From assembly GCA_963779755.1 (NCBI GenBank), contig CAVZZO010000001.1, positions 1,340,845-1,404,844 of the forward strand: a stretch of DNA of 64,000 bases, given 5' to 3'. The notes under the pieces are model-generated. The model did not search any database and was not told where the DNA came from. It saw only the letters and a program-made list of their open reading frames with translations. Source of the DNA: an uncultured Gemmatimonadales bacterium (GTDB taxonomy: Bacteria; Gemmatimonadota; Gemmatimonadetes; Gemmatimonadales; GWC2-71-9). Positions 52,424-61,758 of this stretch are shown piece after piece; the first letter of the stretch is position 1; each line of letters starts with the position of its first letter. Position numbers and translations under genes: made by a program.

Positions 52424-53380
52424 ATGCGCAATGTTCGCCTCCGCCGCTTCGCCGGCTACTTCTTCGCCCTGGCTGCGGGTACCGTCTGGGGCACCACCGG
52501 CCCGCTCTCGACCGCGCTCTACGGCCAGGGGGCCGACATTACGGGCATCGGCTTCTGGCGGGTGCTGCTGGGAACCGCGGGGCTGGTCGCTTACGGTGCC
52601 CTCTTCTACCGAGACATGTTCCGCATCGACTGGCGGGGATTCCTGCTGGTGGGTCTGGGCGGCGGCGCGCTGGTGGCGCTCTTCGAGGTGGCCTACCAGT
52701 TCGGTATCGCGGGCGCCGGGGTGGCCGGGGCCGCCGCGTTGCTGTATACCGCGCCCGTGCTGGTGGCGATCCTCGCCCTGCCGCTTCTGGGCGAAAAGCT
52801 GACCAGCATCCGGCTGATCCTGGCCGTGGTGGTCATGGTCGGCGCCGCCCTGACCGTCACCGGCGGGCGGCTGGGCGCCAGTGGCGCGGGGCCCGCCACT
52901 CTGGTGCAGGGCGTGGTGGGCGGGCTGCTGGCCGCGGCCAGCTACGCCGGGACCACCATTCTCGCCCGCTTCGCCGTGCCGCGCTACGGCACGCTGCGGG
53001 TGCTGTTCCTCGAGATCGCGGGTGGGGCGCTGCTCCTGGGCATCATCCTGCCGCTCGCTGGGCGGCCGCCGGCGGCTCCCACGGCAACTGAAGGCTGGAT
53101 CTATCTCGCGGCCCTCGCCGCCGGCCCGGTGCTGCTGGCCAATTTCTTCTTCTTCGCCGGCGTGAAGCGGATCGAGGCCGCACCCACCGCGGTGGCGGCC
53201 ACCATTGAACCGGTGGTGGGGGCGCTCCTCGCGCTCATCCTTTTCAGCCAGCGGCTCAGCCCCGTCGGGTGGCTCGGGCTGGCTCTGGTGGTGGGAGGGG
53301 TAGCGGCGGGCTACTGGCTGGAGGGCTCGGGAGAGCCGGATGTGACGCCCGTCCTCCCGGAGGCGGCCGAACGGATATAA
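52424..53380 (+). CDS. EamA/DMT-family transporter
   Basis: ATG at 52424 (MRNVRLRRFAGYFFALAAGTVWGTTGP). Ten predicted TM segments in two EamA-like halves (..LLYTAPVLVAILALPLLGEKL..). Confidence 0.8.
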   Translation: MRNVRLRRFAGYFFALAAGTVWGTTGPLSTALYGQGADITGIGFWRVLLGTAGLVAYGALFYRDMFRIDWRGFLLVGLGGGALVALFEVAYQFGIAGAGVAGAAALLYTAPVLVAILALPLLGEKLTSIRLILAVVVMVGAALTVTGGRLGASGAGPATLVQGVVGGLLAAASYAGTTILARFAVPRYGTLRVLFLEIAGGALLLGIILPLAGRPPAAPTATEGWIYLAALAAGPVLLANFFFFAGVKRIEAAPTAVAATIEPVVGALLALILFSQRLSPVGWLGLALVVGGVAAGYWLEGSGEPDVTPVLPEAAERI

Positions 53381-53459
53381 CGTCAGAGAAGACCCACGCA
53401 GGCCCGGGCGAGTCGGACCGCCTGGCCGGCCGCCCGCCTGCTCACCGCGCGGAGGGCCT

Positions 53460-53858
53460 GTGGTCAACGCTGTTCTGTTCGCCCTGTCGGTCGGGTTCTG
53501 CCTCACGTTCCTGCTGGTGGGCGTCTTCCGCTGGCGCCACCCGCGCCATCCGGCCATGTGGAAGGCCGCCGTCTTTCTCTTCGCCATCCTCTTTCTGGTA
53601 GTCCTGGTCGCCGGAGTCTGGCAGCCCAATTACGGGTCGCCCTGGGGGCAAGGGTACTGGGTCACGTTCGTGCTGGTCGGCTCCGTCGCGGCCATGTTTC
53701 TCGCCGCCGCCCCGCCGGAGCGGCGTCCGCCGCCGGAAGCGACAGCCGAGGTGGCCGAGTACCACGAGAAGGAGATTTCCGGCACCGTCTTCGGCGTGTT
53801 CTTCTGGATGCTGCTTCTTTCGCTGGGCCTGGTGCTGGGAATCCGGCTGATACACTAG
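53460..53858 (+). CDS. hypothetical membrane protein (4 TM)
   Basis: GTG start. Hydrophobic segments VLFALSVGFCLTFLLVGVF, AAVFLFAILFLVVLVAGVW, WVTFVLVGSVAAMFLAA and VFGVFFWMLLLSLGLVLGI. Confidence 0.5.
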   Translation: MVNAVLFALSVGFCLTFLLVGVFRWRHPRHPAMWKAAVFLFAILFLVVLVAGVWQPNYGSPWGQGYWVTFVLVGSVAAMFLAAAPPERRPPPEATAEVAEYHEKEISGTVFGVFFWMLLLSLGLVLGIRLIH

Positions 53859-53995
53859 GACGGCAGGACGGCCCTGAAGGACCTCCTCGCGGCCTCTTCG
53901 TTGGAGGGCCGCTCGGTCGCAGGACGGCAGGACGGCCCTAAAGGACTTCCTCGCGGCTCTCTATTGGAGGCCGCTCGGTCGCAGGACGGCAGGGG
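53858..53995. repeat. 2.2 tandem copies of a ~62-nt unit beginning AGGACGGCAGGACGGCCCT
   Basis: 53858-53920 and 53921-53982 align nearly base for base, with a few substitutions and a 1-nt length difference, followed by a partial third start. Read directly. Confidence 0.9.
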
Positions 53996-54037
53996 AAGGT
54001 GCCCACGCTCCGCGCCTGTTGGACGCCGATCTTCGCT

Positions 54038-54128
54038 CAGCCATCAGCCATCAGCCATCAGCCATCAGCCATCAGCCATCAGCCATCAGCCATCAGCCAT
54101 CAGCCATCAGCCATCAGCCATCAGCCCT
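54038..54128. repeat. perfect (CAGCCAT)x12 heptamer microsatellite plus one degenerate unit, continuing into CGCCTTCC-type octamers to about 54180
   Basis: Read directly. It causes the spurious ..SAISHQPSAISHQP.. ORF translations in three frames. Confidence 0.95.
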
Positions 54129-54209
54129 CCGTCCTCCGCCCTTCCCGCCTTCCCGCCCTGCCGCCTTCCCGCCTATTTTCCCCCCATCCTTCTTCAGGAT
54201 CAGTCACTC

Positions 54210-55067
54210 TTGGCCACGACGATCTGGCTCGACGGGAAGTGGTGCACCCGCGAGGATGCGGCGGTCTCCGTTTTCGACCATGGTCTGCTCTATGGCGACG
54301 GCGTCTTCGAGGGCATCCGGGCCTATGAGGGGCGGCTGTTCCAGCTGCAGGACCATCTGAAGCGCCTCTATGCTTCGGCCCGCTCCATCCTGCTGACGCC
54401 GCCGTTGTCGCTGGAGGAGATGACCTCGGTGACCGAGGAGGCGTTCCGGCGCTCGGGGCTCAGGGACGCCTACCTGCGACACATCGTCACCCGCGGTGTC
54501 GGCGATCTGGGCCTGAGTCCGCGCAACTGCCCCCGGCCGACGGTGATCATCATCGTGGACCAGATCAGGCTCTGGCCTCCAGAGCGCTACGAGCGGGGGC
54601 TGGACGTGATCACCGCGGCCACGCCCATTCCGCACCGTGAGGCGCTGTCGCCCCGGGTGAAGTCGCTCAACTATCTCTGCCACATCATGGCCAAGGTGGA
54701 GGGCATCAACGCCGGGGCAGACGAGGCCCTGATGATGGATCCGAACGGCATGGTGGTGGAAGCCAGCGGGCAGAATCTCTTCGTCGTGAAAGACGGCGTG
54801 CTCACCACCCCGCCCGCCTGGGCCGGCATTCTGCGGGGCATCACGCGCGACGCCGTCATGGGCCTGGCCCTGGAAGCCGGGCATCAGGTGGTGGAGCAGC
54901 CCCTGAACCGCTATGACATCTACACCGCCGATGAGGCCTTCCTGACCGGGACCGCCTCGGAAGTGGTGGCTATCCGGTCGCTGGACGCCCGGATCATCGG
55001 AGATGGCCGCCGTGGGCCCGTCACCCGGGCCCTGGCGGAGGCCTTCGCCCGGCTGGTCCGCAGCTGA
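54210..55067 (+). CDS. ilvE: branched-chain amino acid aminotransferase (class IV fold)
   Basis: Probable TTG start at 54210 with AGGA 10 nt upstream. ..IWLDGKW...VFDHGLLYGDGVFEGIRAYEGRLFQLQDHLKRL...VKSLNYL...EAFLTGTASEV.. Confidence 0.85.
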   Translation: MATTIWLDGKWCTREDAAVSVFDHGLLYGDGVFEGIRAYEGRLFQLQDHLKRLYASARSILLTPPLSLEEMTSVTEEAFRRSGLRDAYLRHIVTRGVGDLGLSPRNCPRPTVIIIVDQIRLWPPERYERGLDVITAATPIPHREALSPRVKSLNYLCHIMAKVEGINAGADEALMMDPNGMVVEASGQNLFVVKDGVLTTPPAWAGILRGITRDAVMGLALEAGHQVVEQPLNRYDIYTADEAFLTGTASEVVAIRSLDARIIGDGRRGPVTRALAEAFARLVRS

Positions 55068-55398
55068 AGCCGGGCGGCCTTGACCGCCCGCGCGCGTGGC
55101 CTGCATATTGCCCGTCCACCCCAGGTACCCTCAGGCTTGGAGTTCCCCCATGGCATGGCGCAGAGTCTCGCACGGGAATACCGTGTACGACGTCATGGCT
55201 GCCGCCGAACGAACCGGACCATCCGCTGCCTGGCGGCTGGTGCTTGCTTTCAGGACCAGCGGCCGCCGGGCAGTGTGGGCCCCGTATCCGCTCATCTCGA
55301 GTTCACGATCGTCCCTGTTTGCGCAGGCCGACCAGCTGTCGGACGAGAAAATCAGCGCCGTCCTCGCCGATCACCTGTCCTAATCTCCCAGGAGAACA

Positions 55399-55653
55399 AT
55401 GCCCCAGGCCTCACTGCAGGATCTCCGGCGGATCGCCGAGTCCCTGGAGAGTCTGCGCGGGCACTCGGTACTCGAGACTTCCGTCCGCTCCGATTTCCGC
55501 CAGCTCCGGCTGGAGCTGTCCGATGGGATGATCCTGGTCGTCGCGCTGGAGAGCGATGAGAACGGCCGGCCCCGTATCGACGTGGATGTCGTCCGCCAGC
55601 CCGAGGAAATGAACCGCCAGCAGCTCGAGGTGCGATTCGACACGGCGGTCTGA
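55399..55653 (+). CDS. hypothetical small protein (84 aa)
   Basis: Strong RBS (cccaggagaacaATG), coding-like composition, no recognisable motif. Confidence 0.5.
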   Translation: MPQASLQDLRRIAESLESLRGHSVLETSVRSDFRQLRLELSDGMILVVALESDENGRPRIDVDVVRQPEEMNRQQLEVRFDTAV

Positions 55654-55662
55654 GCCACAGCT

Positions 55663-55741
55663 GAAAGAGAAAAGCCGACAAAACCTGAGAGAGGGGGAGG
55701 AACCACGATTCCTTCCCTTTCCTCTTTTCTCCTTCCTCTTC
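55663..55741. repeat. imperfect purine-rich / pyrimidine-rich hairpin between convergent genes
   Basis: gaaagagaaaag...gagagagggggaggaa - ccacga - ttccttccctttcctcttttctccttcctcttc. The pairing is only approximate. Confidence 0.5.
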
Positions 55742-56640
55742 TACTCCGACGCGCCCCCGGTCAGTCCGTTCCAGACTTGCTTCGAGATCGCCGCGATGAG
55801 CCGGGCGGAGTCGCCGGATTCCAGCCCGGTCGTCAGTACGACCAGCACATAGGGCGCCCGGTGCGCCGGGTAGACGATCCCGGCATCGTGGGCCAGCCGG
55901 GTAATCTCTCCTGTCTTGTGGGCCACGCGGACCCCTGGTGGCAGCCCCGCGGGTATCCGCGCATTGAATTCCTGGGCCGAGAGAATATCCAGCATTTCCC
56001 GGGAGCGCTCGGCCGAGGCCGCCTGCCCGTCCGCCAGGGCGACAAACAGACGCGCCAGATCGCGGGCCGTCGTGGTGTTGTTGCGGCCGGCGTCATACGC
56101 CTTCAGGTCTTCCACTCCCCGCAGCACCTCGATCGAATCCGCCCCCAGCGCGTGCGCCGTCGCGTTTACCCGCTTCGCGTCCAGCAGGTCGATAAGGACA
56201 TTGGTCGCCAGGTTGCTGCTGCGATCGATCATGTGCCGTGCCAGGTAGCGGAGGGTGACCGGCCGGCCCGCCATCGCGTACATGCTCGAATCGGAATCGT
56301 CGGACGGATCGAGGGCATACGATGAGCCGTCCACGATGGAGCGGAACCGGTTCTGCACCACCAGCGTGTCGTCCCAATGCAGCGTGCCGGCGTCGATCCG
56401 GCGGGCCAACTCGATCAGGACCGGTACTTTCATGGTGCTCGCGGCGTGAAAGCGCTGGTCCGGATGGAGGAAAAGGGTGTCGCGGGTTCCCAGGTCCACC
56501 AGCGCCACGGCCACCGTCGCGCCTGTCGGCGCGATGATGGCCCGAAGGGAGTCGGCCAGTGCGGCAGGGGCGGGGATCTGGGCGGCCAGGGAGGCGGGCA
56601 GGAGGGCGGCCAGAACCGCCCCAAGGCATGAGATTCGCAT
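55741..56640 (-). CDS. class A beta-lactamase-related serine hydrolase
   Basis: Signal peptide MRISCLGAVLAALLPASLAAQ, S-x-x-K motif FHAASTMKVPVL, later ..RSSNLATNVLI.. (SxN-like) and ..HKTGE.. (KTG). Confidence 0.8.
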   Translation of the reverse strand: MRISCLGAVLAALLPASLAAQIPAPAALADSLRAIIAPTGATVAVALVDLGTRDTLFLHPDQRFHAASTMKVPVLIELARRIDAGTLHWDDTLVVQNRFRSIVDGSSYALDPSDDSDSSMYAMAGRPVTLRYLARHMIDRSSNLATNVLIDLLDAKRVNATAHALGADSIEVLRGVEDLKAYDAGRNNTTTARDLARLFVALADGQAASAERSREMLDILSAQEFNARIPAGLPPGVRVAHKTGEITRLAHDAGIVYPAHRAPYVLVVLTTGLESGDSARLIAAISKQVWNGLTGGASE

Positions 56641-56696
56641 CCCCCCAAGTTAGCTTCAAGGCGATTATCGGCCGATCCCCTGCCAGGAAACCCCGC

Positions 56697-57116
56697 ATGA
56701 CGAGCCCCGAGAAGCCTCGTGAACGGCTGCGGTTCAGCGATTTTCACCTGGAGCGTCTGCCCAATGGCCGCTGCCGGTCGTCGGTCACGCTCACCTGGCT
56801 CAACGACTATGCCTATAGTGCCCAGACCGAAGGGCTCTCCTCTCCGGCGGGAGAGCTGCGCTGCTGCGCCCAGGCCTGTCTCGACGCGCTCACCCAGGCG
56901 ATCAACAAGGCCATGAGTTTTGAGCTCTTCGGCGTGAAAGCGGTGCGGGCGTTCGACTCCACGGTCGTTATCGTCTCACTGGCCGCCGAGGGGGCGGATG
57001 GCGGCCACCGTCTGGTTGGGTGTGTTCTGACGAACGAAGACCCGGCGCGCGGGGCGGCACTGGCCGTGCTCAATGCAACCAACCGGGTCCTGGGGAACCG
57101 GTTCTTCGTGCGCTAA
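56697..57116 (+). CDS. hypothetical protein (139 aa)
   Basis: An in-frame ATG at 56697 is the first Met after the divergent promoter. Coding-like composition. No motif recognised. Confidence 0.45.
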   Translation: MTSPEKPRERLRFSDFHLERLPNGRCRSSVTLTWLNDYAYSAQTEGLSSPAGELRCCAQACLDALTQAINKAMSFELFGVKAVRAFDSTVVIVSLAAEGADGGHRLVGCVLTNEDPARGAALAVLNATNRVLGNRFFVR

Positions 57117-57460
57117 GGTCCCGCTACGCGACGATTTGTCCCCGCGGGTCATCGGTGGGGCAGGCGGCCGGGGCAGGGAGTTGCCTCGAAAAACGCCAGA
57201 ACCGGGGTCAATTCGCACGTGCAGGAATCCGCGCCCCTGCCGAAGATGCCCCGAACCCAGGGGAGCCCGGTTTCGTCGGGGTGGGGCGGCAGTTTGTTGC
57301 ACCCGCGGCGTGTGAGATGTGTCCTCGCGCACCGAACGGTTGTCGGCCACACTGGCAGCGCAATGGAACTGTCGGCCGGTCCATGACGTTGGGCATTCTG
57401 AGAATCCCGCCGGGAGCGCTCTGCCCTCCCGTTGCTGCCGCAGGAAAGGAGTCGTCGCCG

Positions 57461-59155
57461 ATGAAGCGCTGGGTCTTTGTATTGCCTCTGGCCGCCGGTC
57501 TGGGGTGTGCCGGCCATGGTCCCGCCACCTCCGGCCCTGCTCCGGAAACGGCGGCGGCAGCCTCAGCCGGGAGCGCCTCGCTTCCCGGCGATTCCGCCGT
57601 GATCGCCCTGAGCGACAGCGCCTCTCCCGACACGCTGGATCCGGAAACGGCCGCCGATCTTCGTGCCGCCGCCGATTCGGCCGCGGACGCCGCCGTGCTG
57701 GAGCAGCTCGACTCCGCGTCGGCCGAGGTGGCCGACCGCCCGTCCGATCATTCCACCGCATCCGGCGGTGCCAAGACCGTGGGCAACAGCGGCGTCACCT
57801 GGGACATCGACGTCGAGTCCTTCACCGGGCACGACCGGGTCCAGTATTATCTCGATTTCTTCCAGGGTCCGGCGCGCGACCGCATGGCGGTCTGGCTGCA
57901 GCGGATGCCCCGCTATGAGCCCATGATCCGCCGCCGGCTGGCCGAGCGGGGCCTTCCGGGCGATCTGGTCTATCTCGCGCTCATCGAGAGCGGCTTCTCC
58001 AATAGCGCGGTGAGCCGGTCGCGGGCGGTGGGCATGTGGCAGTTCATGAAGGGAACCGCCCGTCTTTACGGGCTGCGGATCGACAGCTGGGTGGATGAGC
58101 GGCGCGATCCTTACAAGGCCACCATCGCCGCGGCGCACCACCTGGCCGACCTGCGCGACCGCTTCGGCTCCCTCTACCTCGCGGCGGCGGCCTACAATGC
58201 CGGTGCCGGACGGGTGACCCGCGGCCTGCGGCGGCTGCCGGACGACGACGAAGACAGTCTCTATTCCGACGCGACCTTCTTCCGCCTCTATGATTCCCGC
58301 AGTCTCCGGCGGGAAACCAAGGACTACGTTCCCAAGCTGATCGCCGCGGCCCTCATCGCCAAAGAGCCGGAGCGGTATGGTTTCGATCCGGAGACGCCGG
58401 TCGATCCCACCACCTGGGATTCGATTACCGTGACCGGCATGACCGGACTTGATGTGATCGCCAGGCTGGCGGATACCACGGTGGCGGTCATCCGCAATCT
58501 GAATCCCGAATATCTCCGGCTGGCCACGCCGCCGGGCGCCAGGAGCGTCATTCGTCTTCCGGCCGGCCGCGGGCCGGGCGTGGCGGCAGCGTATGCCCGC
58601 CTCCCGGCCAATCAGCGGGTCTCGTTCGTCGAGCACTTCGTGAAGCGGGGCGAAACCTACGGACACATCGCGCGCCGCTACCACGTGTCGGTGCGCGACC
58701 TGGAAGACGCCAACCCGCGCGTCCGTCCCACGCAGCTTCGGGTGGGGCAGCGGATCGTGGTGCCGACCAGTGGGGTGAGCACTGCCCGCGCGGCGGCGGC
58801 GGCGGAAGAGCGCAGCGCGGCGGTGCACCGATCGGTGTCCTCCACCCATCGGGTTCGCTCCGGCGAGACGCTCTCCGGTATTGCCGTGCGCTATCACGTC
58901 TCCGTGGGACAGTTGCGGGCATGGAACGGGCTGCGGGGCAGCGCGATTCGTGCGGGACAGGTGCTGCGGGTGGTTGGCGGGTCGCATCCCGCGGCCGGGC
59001 GGACCGGCGCCCGGGTCTATGTGGTGCGCCGGGGCGATACCCTCTCCGGCATCGCGCAGCGCTATGGCGTATCCGTGGCCGCTCTTCAGGACGCCAACGA
59101 ACTTGGCTCCAGCTCGACCATTCGAGCTGGAGCCAGGCTCAGGATCCCGCGCTGA
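57461..59155 (+). CDS. membrane-bound lytic murein transglycosylase (MltD-like) with three C-terminal LysM domains
   Basis: ATG at 57461 after aggaaaggag. Lipoprotein signal MKRWVFVLPLAAGLGCAG. SLT domain ..LALIESGFSNSAVSRSRAVGMWQFM..AAYNAG... Three LysM repeats (HFVKRGETYGHIARRY.., HRVRSGETLSGIAVRY.., YVVRRGDTLSGIAQRY..). Confidence 0.85.
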   Translation: MKRWVFVLPLAAGLGCAGHGPATSGPAPETAAAASAGSASLPGDSAVIALSDSASPDTLDPETAADLRAAADSAADAAVLEQLDSASAEVADRPSDHSTASGGAKTVGNSGVTWDIDVESFTGHDRVQYYLDFFQGPARDRMAVWLQRMPRYEPMIRRRLAERGLPGDLVYLALIESGFSNSAVSRSRAVGMWQFMKGTARLYGLRIDSWVDERRDPYKATIAAAHHLADLRDRFGSLYLAAAAYNAGAGRVTRGLRRLPDDDEDSLYSDATFFRLYDSRSLRRETKDYVPKLIAAALIAKEPERYGFDPETPVDPTTWDSITVTGMTGLDVIARLADTTVAVIRNLNPEYLRLATPPGARSVIRLPAGRGPGVAAAYARLPANQRVSFVEHFVKRGETYGHIARRYHVSVRDLEDANPRVRPTQLRVGQRIVVPTSGVSTARAAAAAEERSAAVHRSVSSTHRVRSGETLSGIAVRYHVSVGQLRAWNGLRGSAIRAGQVLRVVGGSHPAAGRTGARVYVVRRGDTLSGIAQRYGVSVAALQDANELGSSSTIRAGARLRIPR

Positions 59156-59161
59156 CGGCAG

Positions 59162-59875
59162 TTAGTTGGTCGCGCCGCGGGGCCCCAGGTTCTTCATGAC
59201 GGCCTGCTCGTAACCGTTCGCCGGGTCGCCGCCCTGCGCCAGGATTTCGGCCACGCGGCCCGGCCCCCGGTTGTATGCCAGTAGCGCCAGCTTCATGTTC
59301 GAATCGTACCGGCGCAGCAGGTCCTTCAGAAAGCGGAACCCCAGCCGCAGGTTGGTCTCCCGGTCGTACAGCGCCGCCGGTTGGATGCCCGGCTCGTAGA
59401 AACGGGCCGTGGCGGGCTGAATCTGGGTGTAGCCGTAGGCGTTGGCACCGCTCCTGGCCCGCGGATTGAAATTGCTCTCCACTTTTACCAGCCGGAACGC
59501 GATCACCGGCTCGATGCCCTCGCTCAGTGCAATGTCGTAGATGGATCCCGCCACGTCGGCCGGAATCGCGTATTGCGCCGAGTAATCCATGACCGTGCTG
59601 GCCCGCTCCAGCTGGACGCGCGCCACCGCCAGCTCGCCCCGGACGGAATCGAGCTCACGGCCCATGGTCTGCAGCTGCCGGGCAGCCGCCTCTACCCCCA
59701 CCGGCGTCGCAATATCCGCGGCCCGGGCCCGCCCCACCGATCCTCCCAGCAGACTGATTGCCAGCGCCCCTGCCAGCACCAGCGCCCCGCGGGCGATCAG
59801 CACGCCCGTGCGGTGCGGACCAGACAGCTCATGCGTTGGCTTGTGCATCGTGCCTCCTCGATCTGGCCGGTTCAT
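59162..59875 (-). CDS. lytic transglycosylase domain protein (SLT family)
   Basis: ..[25 protein letters not shown]...[11 protein letters not shown]... The ATG at 59875 overlaps the moaC stop (ATGA). Confidence 0.8.
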   Translation of the reverse strand: MNRPDRGGTMHKPTHELSGPHRTGVLIARGALVLAGALAISLLGGSVGRARAADIATPVGVEAAARQLQTMGRELDSVRGELAVARVQLERASTVMDYSAQYAIPADVAGSIYDIALSEGIEPVIAFRLVKVESNFNPRARSGANAYGYTQIQPATARFYEPGIQPAALYDRETNLRLGFRFLKDLLRRYDSNMKLALLAYNRGPGRVAEILAQGGDPANGYEQAVMKNLGPRGATN

Positions 59876-60345
59876 CCGCGCTTGAAGTCGCCTCGGACTC
59901 CCCCGGTTTTCTCCAACAACCGCACTCCCTCAATGGTCATCTCGCGATCTAGCGCCTTGACCATGTCATACACTGTGAGGCAGGCCACGCTGACCGCCGT
60001 GAGTGCCTCCATCTCGACCCCGGTTCGGCCCACCGTGCCTACAGTGGCCCGAACCCGGACGCCGGGAAGATCAGGGTCGGGGTTCACCCGGACCTCGATC
60101 GCATCCAGACCCAGCGGATGGCAGAGCGGAATCAGCTCGCCGGTGCGTTTGGCCGCCATGATGCCGGCCGTCTGGGCCACGCCGAGCACATCGCCCTTGG
60201 CCAGCGCGTTGCGCTCCACCTGCTCAAAGGCGGCCCGGCTCATCCGCACGGCGCCTTCCGCTACTGCGCGCCGTTCACTGGCCGGCTTGCCGCTCACATC
60301 AACCATGCGGGCCCGGCCCGTCTCATCCACGTGCGACAGCTTCAT
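59872..60345 (-). CDS. moaC: cyclic pyranopterin monophosphate synthase MoaC
   Basis: [20 protein letters not shown]...[29 protein letters not shown]...[21 protein letters not shown].. Confidence 0.95.
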   Translation of the reverse strand: MKLSHVDETGRARMVDVSGKPASERRAVAEGAVRMSRAAFEQVERNALAKGDVLGVAQTAGIMAAKRTGELIPLCHPLGLDAIEVRVNPDPDLPGVRVRATVGTVGRTGVEMEALTAVSVACLTVYDMVKALDREMTIEGVRLLEKTGGVRGDFKRG

Positions 60346-61406
60346 GACGCGCCTGCCAGGTTCCGTCCCAGCACTGCCAGCAGCAGCTGGGGATTTACGT
60401 TCTGCTGCGCCGCCTCTCGCGCCTCGGCGATCTGCTCCAGGGCGGCCAGCAGGTCGTCCGGGGTCGCACCGGCGCCTGGTTGCTCCAACCCCTGACGGAG
60501 TTCCGTGCCCAGCTGCCGGGCCAGCGCGTCGAGCAATGCCGTGAAGTCTCCGCGGGCGGAGAAGGGCGGTTGCTTGAGAGCAACCTCCCAGGCGGCCGGC
60601 CCTCCCTGCCGGAGAGCGCCGAGCAGGGCCGCTGCCGTCGCGCGAGCTTTCCCCGCGTCTTCATCTTCGGCCACTGCTGCCCCGATTGCGCCCTCGGCAC
60701 GAGCGACGCGCGCATCCAGATCGCGCCCCCGTGACATGCCTGCCTGCGCCCCCAGGAACTCCAGTACTGTGGCGTCGTCCAGCCGTCCCAATCCGAGCCG
60801 CACCGCCCGCGAGCGGATGGTCGGGAGAATGTCTTCGGCATCGGCCGCCGTCAGGATGAACCAGGTATCCTGGGGCGGTTCCTCGAACAGCTTGAGCAGC
60901 GCATTTGCCGCTTCCGGACTCGACTCCTGCGGCACCAGTCGCTCGGCATAGCCGATGAGGAAGACCTTTCCTCGCTCCTGCACCGGCCGCATCGAGGCCC
61001 GACGGGCGACCAGCCGCGAAGTGGCCACGAAATGGCCCGCCATGCCTTCGGGGGGCCCGTACAGCGGTTGTTTTCTGCGCGCCTCCATGGCCTCGCCCAG
61101 CGCGTCGGCCAATTCATCTACCTGCCGGTCGGCATCACCGCCCTTGGGACGGAGCACCGGGACCACCCAGTGAAGATCCGGATGGGTAAGTCCCAGAACC
61201 TGGCGACAGGAACGGCACCTGCCGCACGGTTCCGTCTCACCGGGTGTTTCGCAGAACAACCGCTGGGCAATCCACAGGCCCAGGCGCTGCTTGCCGATGC
61301 CGGCCGTCCCGGTCAGAAGGAGAAGCTGCGGCAGACTACCCCTGTTGATGGCGTGCGCGATCCTCTGCCGTTCGGTGGTATGCCCTATCAGGGGGTGCAT
61401 TGGCAT
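60342..61406 (-). CDS. holB: DNA polymerase III subunit delta' (HolB-like)
   Basis: ..[29 protein letters not shown]...[10 protein letters not shown]...HPDLHWV...[10 protein letters not shown]...[12 protein letters not shown]...SRAV.. Confidence 0.8.
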   Translation of the reverse strand: MPMHPLIGHTTERQRIAHAINRGSLPQLLLLTGTAGIGKQRLGLWIAQRLFCETPGETEPCGRCRSCRQVLGLTHPDLHWVVPVLRPKGGDADRQVDELADALGEAMEARRKQPLYGPPEGMAGHFVATSRLVARRASMRPVQERGKVFLIGYAERLVPQESSPEAANALLKLFEEPPQDTWFILTAADAEDILPTIRSRAVRLGLGRLDDATVLEFLGAQAGMSRGRDLDARVARAEGAIGAAVAEDEDAGKARATAAALLGALRQGGPAAWEVALKQPPFSARGDFTALLDALARQLGTELRQGLEQPGAGATPDDLLAALEQIAEAREAAQQNVNPQLLLAVLGRNLAGAS

Positions 61407-61539
61407 GGCGAGAAGCTAGAGCAGGAAGGTGACCAGCGGTAGCAGGATCTCTGTAACATCTTTTTCAACAATAACTTACGGTGTTGGATCACCGCCAATT
61501 TGGCCGAACAATGCGGAGACTTCCGACCTCAATTGTATT

Positions 61540-61582
61540 GCGAGCGCTCACTATTCATTGTAAAGAGATAGCGAGCGCTCAC
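61540..61582. promoter_or_regulatory. two identical 12-mers GCGAGCGCTCAC (palindromic core GAGCGCTC) 31 nt apart in the most AT-rich stretch of the window; candidate operator pair upstream of holB
   Basis: Read directly at 61540-61551 and 61571-61582. Both are flanked by AT-rich sequence. On the minus strand a TTTACA and an AATACAAT lie around the proximal site. Confidence 0.3.
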
Positions 61583-61758
61583 ATTTAATCGAAACACCAT
61601 TTGGCACAAGGGAATAGCTCGTGGGGCCTTTCCGGGTTCGTTGGAGCCCTTTCGGCCCCCTCTGCCATTCTGTCTGGAGAGAATGGCCTGGCCTCAGGAT
61701 GGCCTCGGGCAGGCGCTGGCTTTGCCGGGCCTGCTCGCTGCGGCAGCTGTACCGCTGA

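Noticed and set aside
55096-55383. 95-aa plus-strand ORF in the 330-nt spacer after ilvE (tail ..SLFAQADQLSDEKISAVLADHLS looks protein-like).
   Set aside because: There is no RBS at any candidate start. The N-terminal half is Trp/Arg-rich and junk-like, and third-position GC is only moderately coding-like. The evidence is insufficient to call a gene, though a short C-terminal micro-ORF cannot be excluded.
61602-61618. TGGCAC motif resembling a sigma-54 -24 element.
   Set aside because: The downstream GC is 2 nt too far from the GG and lacks the TTGC context. It is on the plus strand, where no gene follows.
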